Assembly (NCBI GenBank): GCA_965222075.1
Contig: OZ244937.1
Location: 2,816,001 to 2,880,000, forward strand
Origin: Candidatus Latescibacterota bacterium
GTDB lineage: Bacteria; Latescibacterota; UBA2968; GCA-2709665
DNA: 64,000 bases
Direction: 5' to 3'
Position 1 is the first letter of the stretch. Every line of letters begins with the position of its first letter. The notes under the pieces are model-generated. The model saw only the letters and a program-made list of their open reading frames with translations, searched no databases and had not been told where the DNA came from. Positions 15,408 to 23,398 of the stretch are shown piece by piece. A program made the translations under genes and the position numbers.

Positions 15408-16925
15408 ATGCTGGATCATATCATAGATCAAGTGACAGAAAAAGTCAACCAAAAGTTGCCTAAGATGGTGAGCGACCTGCAAGAGAGTCTTTCGTTTGCC
15501 GACTTGGAGCATGGCTTGATCGGTTTGCTCCAGGAGGTGGTGGGCATCGTCGTGAGTCCGGTGTTGAATCAGGTTTTTCAGGATGAGGCCTTGCTGTTTG
15601 GGCTGCGTCAGGCAGCCGGTAGTATGGGCTACAGATATAAGGAACATCGGCCTTTGACCGTACGGGTTTTGGAAGGTGTAGAAGTTGAAGTCTCTTCGCC
15701 CTATTTCGTTAAGCGGGGTCGCAAACGGGGCAGGAAGAAGCGGGGTCCCAATGGTCGAGGGTGTCATCTGTTATTGGATGTGCTTGGGTTTATCGGTCGG
15801 TGCAGTCCGGAGTTTGTAGATGAAGCTGTGAAGTTGGCCTTGTTATGCCCCTCCTTTGAGGTGGCCACTCAGGTGTTGGATGCCCGTCAGATAAAGCTGG
15901 ACAAAAAAACCCTTCGAAGATTGTGCAAAGCTTTAGGCGAATTGGGTCTGGAGCAGAGAGCCACGATTGCTCTAAAAGATGAGCTCTCCTTTTCAGGTCG
16001 CACGGTGTATATCGGCATCGATGGGGGTCGGATGCGGATGCGTGAGCCCAAGCGGGGTCGAAAGCCAAAGGGAAAGAAATATCCCCGATATGATACACCT
16101 TGGAGAGAACCCAAGTTGTTTACCATCTACATGTTGGACGAAAAAGGTCGCGTCGAAAAATCGTGGACGCCTATCCACGATGCGACTCGGGGCAATGCCG
16201 ATTTGATGTTTGAGATGCTGGAAGCTACCCTTTTGGAACTGCCCCTGCAACAGGCCGATCGGGTCGTGTTTATCGCCGATGGGGCAGAATGGATCTGGCC
16301 GAGGGTAGAGCGTCTGATCTGGAGGTTGGGGGTGCCTCCAAGCAAGGCGATCCAGATCCTCGACTATTACCATAATAGTGAAACCCTCTTTGAACTGGTG
16401 CAACTCCAACCCAAGCTTAAAGAAAAGGCACAACGTGCCCTGTATGAGACGTGGAAGACCTGGATGTGGAATGGGGAGCTTTTAAAACTCCGACCTGCCT
16501 GTGCGTGCTGTCTCACGCACGCAGACAGGAAAGAAGTGCTCCAGCAGCTTCGCGGGGAAAAACGAAAACAGGCCATCACATCCCTGAACCATTTCGACCG
16601 TCATGCGCATCGAATGCGCTATCCTACCTTCAAAGAACAGGGCCTTCCCACCTGTCTGCGTGCCACGCACAGGCAGGTCGGAAGTGGACACGTCGAAAGC
16701 GCCATCCGTCGTGTCATCAACCTTCGGATCAAAGCACCAGGCACGTTCTGGAAAAAAGACATGGGCGAATACTTCCTGTTTCTGCGCTCACAGTTGATCT
16801 GTGGAAGATGGCCTATCTTCTTCCAGAATGTCACAGGACGATACCGAACGGGTGAGTTTGCCCAACATCTCTTTCCCTCTTCTCCGAAAATGGGTTTGCT
16901 CAAGACAGGGACAGATGATCACTAA
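15408..16925 (+). CDS. DDE transposase (ISKra4/ISLre2-like) with two in-frame insertions
   Basis: IGIDGG, FIADGAEWIW, ILDYYH, GLP[insert]GSGHVESA. Confidence 0.88.
   Translation: MLDHIIDQVTEKVNQKLPKMVSDLQESLSFADLEHGLIGLLQEVVGIVVSPVLNQVFQDEALLFGLRQAAGSMGYRYKEHRPLTVRVLEGVEVEVSSPYFVKRGRKRGRKKRGPNGRGCHLLLDVLGFIGRCSPEFVDEAVKLALLCPSFEVATQVLDARQIKLDKKTLRRLCKALGELGLEQRATIALKDELSFSGRTVYIGIDGGRMRMREPKRGRKPKGKKYPRYDTPWREPKLFTIYMLDEKGRVEKSWTPIHDATRGNADLMFEMLEATLLELPLQQADRVVFIADGAEWIWPRVERLIWRLGVPPSKAIQILDYYHNSETLFELVQLQPKLKEKAQRALYETWKTWMWNGELLKLRPACACCLTHADRKEVLQQLRGEKRKQAITSLNHFDRHAHRMRYPTFKEQGLPTCLRATHRQVGSGHVESAIRRVINLRIKAPGTFWKKDMGEYFLFLRSQLICGRWPIFFQNVTGRYRTGEFAQHLFPSSPKMGLLKTGTDDH
16494..16529 (+). 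mobile_element. Hairpin micro-insertion copy 9 (36 bp)
   Basis: CCTGCCT GTGCGTG CTGTCT CACGCAC GC AGACAGG. Confidence 0.88.
16651..16677 (-). mobile_element. Hairpin micro-insertion copy 10 (27 bp)
   Basis: One mismatch from copy 8; removal restores GLPIGSG. Confidence 0.92.
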
Positions 16926-17691
16926 CGCAATCAACCGCTTATTCAACAACTTAACACGACTTTCTATATGTCATACTTTAGGACTGCACCCTCTTCGGTT
17001 TGGACAATATGGTGAACAGTTTTTCTGCGTATGAGTTCAAATAAATCAAGGGGTTACAAATGGACGCCCTTTTTTTTTAAACTTAGCCCATCCCCTGAGT
17101 TTAAAAAAACGGCTGATTTAAAAAAGGCTTGTATTTTAACAACTTATCATTTTTAAGCCGTTAAGAACTTACCAAAAAGTATTCACAGTATTGATATCGT
17201 TGCCACAATGACAATAACGAAGATCACGAAAATAAAAACCAACATCAACATGTTGAATCTCCTTTCACGTCAACAGGGGGGTAATGTCTTAAATTTCCTG
17301 CAAAAAGAACCGGCGCGAACTATCTTCCTGAGGTCATTATCAAACTCAACGCCCCGAGTGGGCACAATGCCATCGGCATGGACAAACGGGATGGGCGGGT
17401 TGGACTTCACATGTAGCCGATCATCACCGCGGTAACAGGCGGAACGTCTTCTTCGCTCATTTCCTCCTCCTTTCAGTTGATGTTCGAGAGTCCGCCGTGG
17501 ACGGTGCTGCGTGGTCCGTTCATCGAACAAGAGCGCCCGCGAAGCGTTCGTGGGCTCGGGAGATTCCCCAGCAGACAGCAGGTCGGGTCACGCTCATGAC
17601 CGCCACGGCGGGCTCGATGCTCCATTTTGTCCGAACCTCGTCATGCGTTCCCAGAATGTTGACCCCCGGCACCTCCTGGTGAAGAGACTGA

Positions 17692-18456
17692 TCAGCGAGG
17701 GCTTAACCGGATCGTCCAGATGACGCCGGGCGGAGCATTCATCCTCCCCAACATCGAACGATTATTTGTGCTATATTCTTCAAGTTCCTCTAAATCCTCA
17801 AGAAGCTCCAATAAATAGTATGTTCCTACTGCCACCCCCGCGAGAGTCCAAAACCAGCCATACCAATTGGTTTCTGATTTTTGCACTACAACTACCTTTG
17901 TCGGCAGTTCTTCCTCCTTCTCTTTCTCCTTCTCTTTCTCCTTCTCTTTCTCCTTTCCAGCTTTCTCATCTATCATGAAGTCCATGTTATCCTTCGCGTA
18001 AAGACTGATCAACGTGGGCTTCAAAGGATCACCGAAGTGGAACTGGTCGATGTATCGGATGTCCCGCTTCGTGCCTTCCTGCTGGGCTAGAAGAGGCAGG
18101 TCTCCCAGTGTCATGCCAGGCCGTGGCGCCTCGTTGCCGAAACTGGCAAAACGCGCTACGGCGATATGGCTGGACAAGCGGAGAGACCGCCACGGACTTT
18201 GAAGTAGCACGGCATAAGGCTGTTGAAGGGCGCTGGCAAAGAATGGCGTCGGTTTCAACGGCAGGTCACTCAAATGGTTGTCACGGTAGTAAATCCGCCA
18301 GTCTGTGTAGTTGAGATCCTGTTGCACCAAGTTGTCGGCGTCCATATACCGTGTGATCAACGAATTCCCGTTTGTTTTGGATGTTGCCGCGCTGGTCACC
18401 AATAGCACGGACCAGAGCACGACAACAGCATCTGTCAATATCATTAGCCTTCTCAT
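17692..18456 (-). CDS. Hypothetical exported/membrane protein with a KE repeat
   Basis: AAGGAGG RBS, signal-like N-terminus, KEKEKEKEKEKEEE, TM WFWTLAGVAVGTYYL. Confidence 0.6.
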   Translation of the reverse strand: MRRLMILTDAVVVLWSVLLVTSAATSKTNGNSLITRYMDADNLVQQDLNYTDWRIYYRDNHLSDLPLKPTPFFASALQQPYAVLLQSPWRSLRLSSHIAVARFASFGNEAPRPGMTLGDLPLLAQQEGTKRDIRYIDQFHFGDPLKPTLISLYAKDNMDFMIDEKAGKEKEKEKEKEKEKEEELPTKVVVVQKSETNWYGWFWTLAGVAVGTYYLLELLEDLEELEEYSTNNRSMLGRMNAPPGVIWTIRLSPR

Positions 18457-18858
18457 CTTTCCTCCTTATTGAAGTGGACCCCAAAGTCAAGACCAATTTG
18501 AGGCGGATTTAAGGTGGATAGCATTTTTCTTCTCGATAGGGTTCTCCTTTCCGGGATTTTACGTGAAGCCGTAAATGCCCCTCTAAACTCCTCGAAGTGA
18601 AACGCGCCCCCCCAAAAAAACCCGCGCCGGGTCTGGACCGCTTACGCTGACTTATCCGCCTTGCGCCGTGTTTTGATATTCACGGCAGCCATTACTGTCG
18701 AACCACGTCCATGCCAACTGCCGCTCAGAATTCGTCAACCAAGTCACACCCGCCCGCAGATCTTGCACCAGGCCTTTAAACACCTTGACCACGTAACGGG
18801 TCGAATGACATCGCAGCTGACGCATGGTTTCCTTCCTTCCAATTACGCAGGGAGCACA

Positions 18859-19917
18859 TTATTTCAAATTCATACGCCAGATATTGTATTTCCCTTCTGC
18901 CGTCGCTCGCTGTGACACAAAATACAGGGAACGACCATCGTGTGACCATCGAGGGCATATATCGTGGCCAGGATGAAAAGTCATCTGCGTCAGATCAGTT
19001 CCATCTATGTTAACGAAAAAAATGTCCAAATTGCGTGGAGTATTTCCTCCATAACTGGCTGCAACAACGGCCAGTTTCTTACCATCTGGCGAAACCGAAC
19101 ACTCGGAGTAACCTCGATCTTGAGAAGAAAGGATGAGGAATTCCTGTCCCTTTTCAAGATCAACCAACCAGATTTCGGCATATCCGGTTTCTCTATTGCC
19201 TCGGATAGTCGCAACTTTTTTGCCATCAGGCGTGAACGATAACCCTCTTCCCTCGACATACTGAGTCAGGGCATTATTGGTTAAATCGTACGTCCATAAA
19301 TAGGCCCTTTCTCCCTGGTATTCGTAAAATAGAATTTTCGAATTGTCAGGAGAGAAAACCGGATAAAATGTCTTCGTTTTGCTCCTTGTTATCTGACGTA
19401 TCGCAAAGCCGCTTTCTGAGGCTATTGTATAAATATTCGTATTACCATCCCGGTTGTCTGCAAATGCTAAATTTTGCCCATCAGGCGAAAATGAAACATC
19501 CCAGATATCTTCGCTGAATGTCCTTTGCAGCACCGCCCTCCCGCCCTTTAAATTCTTGATGAACACATTGTCTTTTTTGTTTTTACGGCCTACGTAGGCT
19601 ATTTTCTCGTTCGTAATACTGAAAATCTGCCGCGGGGTGTAACTGAGGCCTCTGCCTTGTCGTGTTTTTTTTATCGGCGGCGTAATAACCGTCTCTTCAT
19701 CCTCGGTCAACCTCGTAAAGCTGATGCCGCCTTCTTCCGGAACGCTGGGAAGACTGTAATCTATCCGAGGTGGTGGAGGTGGTGGAGGTGGAGGTGGTGG
19801 AGTCGTTGCGCACCCACACATTAATAGCAATAAAGTAAGGTGTGACTTTAAATAGACAAGAGGAGGAACCTTCCGTATAATTAGAACTTTCCTGAACAAC
19901 GAAGACGTTGAAGACAT
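18859..19917 (-). CDS. TolB-like beta-propeller lipoprotein with poly-Pro linker
   Basis: LMCGC lipobox-like, poly-P, repeated FSPDG/FTPDG/WSHDG (PD40) motifs. Confidence 0.82.
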   Translation of the reverse strand: MSSTSSLFRKVLIIRKVPPLVYLKSHLTLLLLMCGCATTPPPPPPPPPPPRIDYSLPSVPEEGGISFTRLTEDEETVITPPIKKTRQGRGLSYTPRQIFSITNEKIAYVGRKNKKDNVFIKNLKGGRAVLQRTFSEDIWDVSFSPDGQNLAFADNRDGNTNIYTIASESGFAIRQITRSKTKTFYPVFSPDNSKILFYEYQGERAYLWTYDLTNNALTQYVEGRGLSFTPDGKKVATIRGNRETGYAEIWLVDLEKGQEFLILSSQDRGYSECSVSPDGKKLAVVAASYGGNTPRNLDIFFVNIDGTDLTQMTFHPGHDICPRWSHDGRSLYFVSQRATAEGKYNIWRMNLK

Positions 19918-20081
19918 GATGGACCTCCCGTGTTATTGGAAGCTGCCGTGGCCCTGGAGGACGCCTAATTCAACTACGGGTCGTCTGTTCATCCAGTCCT
20001 GTGATTTGACTCATCTTGCGGATGCTCCCGTGACCCATGCGCTAAAAATCAGCTGATCCCAGGTGATTTCCGATGTACAAA

Positions 20082-20114
20082 ATAAAACCCACCCGCAATG
20101 CGAGTGGGCATTTT
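20082..20114 (-). terminator. Putative terminator/attenuator hairpin upstream of the TolB-like gene
   Basis: Minus strand CCCACTCGCATTGCGGGTGGG followed by TTTTATT. Confidence 0.4.
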
Positions 20115-20207
20115 CCGATCATGCACAGCGAGTCCGGAGATGCTGACAGCTTCACCGGACAGACTGTTAACTCTTTTGTTAGTTCCCTAACACTCTCCCT
20201 CAAAATT

Positions 20208-20225
20208 GGGGGGGGGGGGGGGGGG
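20208..20225. repeat. Poly-G tract (18 nt)
   Basis: Seen directly. Confidence 0.9.
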
Positions 20226-20645
20226 TAAGTAAGTTTCTGTTTTTATTACACTTATATGGTCTATATTTGCATAAATCGCCGGTAGTCTGAATGACACCGA
20301 GGAGCACTGGACCCATTTTGACCGCCATGTTAAACCAACCCTGAATGTGTCGCAGTCCAGATTGCAACCGACACCAAAAATATCAGAATGAGGGCATCGC
20401 GCTTCATTTACCCGGCGGGTATTTTCATCATGCCGAATGCAAGCTCAGCCCCTTAAACGGGAACATTATAACACAACTACTACCGTTGTCAAGCAAAAAT
20501 TTGGGAGTTTGGCCCGGATCAGGGCCAGGTTGTCAGGAAGGCAGGATAGGGGTAGGGATACTGGGGGTTGGATACCGGCTTGCAGGGGGAGTGAAGTGTT
20601 TGAGAACTGTTTTGGTGTGCTGGAGAGGGTGTACAAGACGTTGAC

Positions 20646-20760
20646 ATCCCCCCCACCGCATCAGCCGTCGCCTGCCCTTCGACAATCCTTCGACAGGCTC
20701 AGGACAAGGCTCAGGGGACCGGCTCGGCTTCTGCGACTCCCCCTCAAGGGGGGAGTAATG
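20646..20760 (-). repeat. MITE/REP-like element, copy B, with nested insertions
   Basis: Reverse complement of 4376-4445 with 45 nt (20675-20719) in place of one base. Confidence 0.85.
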
Positions 20761-20791
20761 AGGGGGGTGGCGCAGGCAGGTCTGGCTGACA

Positions 20792-20815
20792 TGGACGCCC
20801 TGGCCCTCGACTAAT
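20792..20815 (+). repeat. Right 24-bp direct repeat (attR-like)
   Basis: Identical to 4289-4312; supplies the stop codon of the convergent gene. Confidence 0.92.
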
Positions 20816-21023
20816 TGTCGCCTGCATCCCTCTCTTTGCGCATCCGGTAGCGTTTGACCCGCCGAACAAAAATCCAGATCAGCCCCACCACGGCCACGTA
20901 CTTCAAGACCTCCCAGGTCCATCCGTCCCATCCCAGAATCGTCGGCCACAGCGCAAAAATCGACAGCAGGATAAACAGATCCTCCAAAGCCATCCAAAAC
21001 CACGTCCGATCACCGTTACGCAT
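20811..21023 (-). CDS. Small two-TM membrane protein
   Basis: 70 aa, two hydrophobic helices, basic tail; downstream of Slt. Confidence 0.75.
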   Translation of the reverse strand: MRNGDRTWFWMALEDLFILLSIFALWPTILGWDGWTWEVLKYVAVVGLIWIFVRRVKRYRMRKERDAGDN

Positions 21024-21061
21024 ACCCCGAGCGCCTCCTGTGCGTGTCGGCCCTTGCCGCG

Positions 21062-23227
21062 CTAACGCAAAAGGCCCTTTTCATGCGGCCGATCCTCCCC
21101 CTGCAGGTAGGAATAGACCTGATAGTTCCTGTAGACCAGCTTCACGTAGTTCCGCGTCTCCCGGTAGGGAATGCTCTCCACAAACTCATCCACATCCTCC
21201 CTCGGCAATCTTTTGGACCAGCGCCGGGCCGCCTTCAACCCGGCGTTGTAGGCCGAAAGCGCCAGCCCCAGTTGTCGGTCCTTGCTCCGATCGAAATACC
21301 GGAGGTGGTCCGACAGGTGGCGCCCCCCCAGGCGGATCGACGTCCGGGGCTCCCACAGGTCGGCGGTGGAGAACCCCGCCATGCGAACCTTGCGCGCCAT
21401 CCTCCGCCCTGTCGCCGGCATCACCTGCATCAGCCCCCGGGCGCCTGCCGAAGACAGGGCCTCCTCATTAAACGCACTCTCCTGCCGGATAATAGCCAGA
21501 ATCAGGTTGGGATCCAGATCGACCTCCCGGGCCGTCCGGCTGATCTCTCCCCAGTAGTAGGTCGGATACAGCCGCCGGAACGAAGCCAGCGTGATCCGAA
21601 TCCCCTGCCGCTGTTCCACACCGACCATCCAATTGGAGACCCGCAACGCCTGATACGTCGAACCAATCCGTTCGTAGCGCTGCAGCAGATCGCCCAGGGC
21701 AAACCGGTTGTCTCGATGCGCCCGACCGACGCGCATATACTCCCGTTCGGCCAGCCGGTAGAGCCCCAGCGATGCCAGCACATCCCCTTTCAAAAGGTAA
21801 GCCGACGGCTCATACGCCTCCTCTGCAGCCGCAACGTCCACCTCCGGGACCACCGGGAAGACATCGGACGTTACGCCCAGCACGGCGCGGGCGCGGGCGG
21901 AATAATAAGACATGGGAAACCCCTGAGCTGCCCGCTGCATCCAGAAGGCGCCCTCCTCCTCCTGGCCGGACCGCCGGTAGCACTTTCCCGCCCAGTAAAA
22001 GCCCTGATCGCGCAGGTAGGCTTTGGAGGTCGTCCTGGACAGACGCAAAAAGGTGCGGCCCCCCTCCTTGTAGTCCCCGACCTTGTAAAGCGCAAACCCG
22101 GCCCGCCACCGCCCCTTATCCGCAAACTCGCTCCTGGGATAACGGGCCGCCAGCTTCAAAAAGATCTCCCGGGCCTGCCGGTACCTGCCCCGCCGCTCGT
22201 TGGCCATAGCCGCATTCCAGAGGGCCCTGGCCGCTCCGGTCACAGACGGGTAACGTTGCGCAAACGTCTGAAACTGTTCCACCGCCTCTAAGTCTCGCCC
22301 CAGCCTCACCGAACAACGCCCCAACTCGAACAGGGCCCTGGGCACCCCATAGACCCGATAGGCCTTCTGAAAGGCGCGTTCCGCGGTCCGATAATCCCTT
22401 CGGTTGTAATACATCAGCCCCAGTTCGTACTGCGCCCGCCCGCGCCAGTTCCCATTGGAAGCGTTCCGAATAATCTGCCGGAAGAGCGCCGCCGCCTTCC
22501 GGAATTTCCCCACCTTCGCATAGGCCACCCCGCCGTAAAAGCACTCCTGTACACGCTTCAACGGCCCCATCTGCTTCAGGGCGACAATCGCCTGAGGGGT
22601 CTTCGGATAGTCCCGAACCAGTCGCAATCGGGCCTTTCGGGCCTCTGTTGAGTCCCCTGAAGCCTCCAGCGCCTCCACCAGACCGACCAGGGCTCGCACC
22701 TCCTGCCTGCTGATCCCAAGCAGATGCCGGTAGCGCGCAACCGCGTCTCCCGCACGGCCCTGCGCTAAGTGCAGATCTGCCACCCGCAGCACGGCCGAAT
22801 CCTTCAGCAGCGATGCCATCTGCAAAACGTGCGTGTACGCCGACACCGCACGGTCAAACTGGCCCAACGCCTCAAAACACTCACCCTGCCAGAAAACCAG
22901 ATAGTCCTCAACGGTTTCAACTTTCGCCTCCAGGACTCTAAATCCGGCCAGCGCCTCGCCATATTGCCCCAGGAACTTCTGGCACACTGCCCGCTGGAGC
23001 AGAACCTTCTGCGCCTCCGACGTATCCAGCCCCTCTGTTTTCAGCCCCGAAAGCAGCGTCAGGGCCTCCCGGTACTGTCCTTTGGAGATCAGCGCCTCCG
23101 CCTGCCACAGCAGGTCCAGGCGTTCGCTCATGGCCAGCCGTCCGGGAGTGCCCAGCAGTGCCCCGATAACCAGCAGCACAACGCCAGATACGACCGGCCA
23201 GTACCGTATTCGCTGTTTTTTTGTCAT
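21062..23227 (-). CDS. TPR-containing soluble lytic transglycosylase (Slt70-like)
   Basis: AIIRQESAF, GARGLMQVMP, AYNAG, IPYRETRNYV; TPR repeats. Confidence 0.92.
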   Translation of the reverse strand: MTKKQRIRYWPVVSGVVLLVIGALLGTPGRLAMSERLDLLWQAEALISKGQYREALTLLSGLKTEGLDTSEAQKVLLQRAVCQKFLGQYGEALAGFRVLEAKVETVEDYLVFWQGECFEALGQFDRAVSAYTHVLQMASLLKDSAVLRVADLHLAQGRAGDAVARYRHLLGISRQEVRALVGLVEALEASGDSTEARKARLRLVRDYPKTPQAIVALKQMGPLKRVQECFYGGVAYAKVGKFRKAAALFRQIIRNASNGNWRGRAQYELGLMYYNRRDYRTAERAFQKAYRVYGVPRALFELGRCSVRLGRDLEAVEQFQTFAQRYPSVTGAARALWNAAMANERRGRYRQAREIFLKLAARYPRSEFADKGRWRAGFALYKVGDYKEGGRTFLRLSRTTSKAYLRDQGFYWAGKCYRRSGQEEEGAFWMQRAAQGFPMSYYSARARAVLGVTSDVFPVVPEVDVAAAEEAYEPSAYLLKGDVLASLGLYRLAEREYMRVGRAHRDNRFALGDLLQRYERIGSTYQALRVSNWMVGVEQRQGIRITLASFRRLYPTYYWGEISRTAREVDLDPNLILAIIRQESAFNEEALSSAGARGLMQVMPATGRRMARKVRMAGFSTADLWEPRTSIRLGGRHLSDHLRYFDRSKDRQLGLALSAYNAGLKAARRWSKRLPREDVDEFVESIPYRETRNYVKLVYRNYQVYSYLQGEDRPHEKGLLR

Positions 23228-23398
23228 CCTGGTTGTTCTGAAAAATGTTCACAGTATCGCAACTACAAATTTACACAGAAAATAGCCCGATTGTCAAGTC
23301 CGAGGGGAGTCGCGCAACTTTGATTATAAGACAAAATAGGCGCCAGGTTCCCATTTTTGTTGTCCCGAACCCCGGGATCGCGTATAATTAGCATCGGG

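Larger units (their letters stand above)
15293..16991 (+). mobile_element. Complete IS element, ISKra4/ISLre2-like
   Basis: 23-bp imperfect IRs GGGCGCGGTCCCATAGTGTGACA / GGGTGCAGTCCTAAAGTATGACA; 9-bp TSD TCTTCGGTT at 15284-15292 and 16992-17000. Confidence 0.9.
4313..20815. mobile_element. 16.5-kb genomic island inserted at the rdgB 3' end
   Basis: Flanking 24-bp direct repeat; accessory cargo, IS elements, pseudogenes, AT-richer stretches. Confidence 0.8.

Noticed and set aside
1678-16677. CCTGCC...GGCAGG repeats as a CRISPR array or integron attC array
   Set aside because: Irregularly dispersed and mostly intragenic, with no spacers, cas genes, GTTRRRY cores or integrase.
17061-17070. TGGACGCCCT match to the start of the 24-bp repeat
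   Set aside because: Only 10 bp; compatible with chance.
20770-20780. GCGCAGGCAGG right arm near the island end
   Set aside because: Left arm not found, so not counted as a copy; it may be a truncated remnant.
20437-20814. 125-aa ORF ending DALALD like RdgB
   Set aside because: Read-through of the MITE and direct repeat, not a gene; it only reveals the att duplication.
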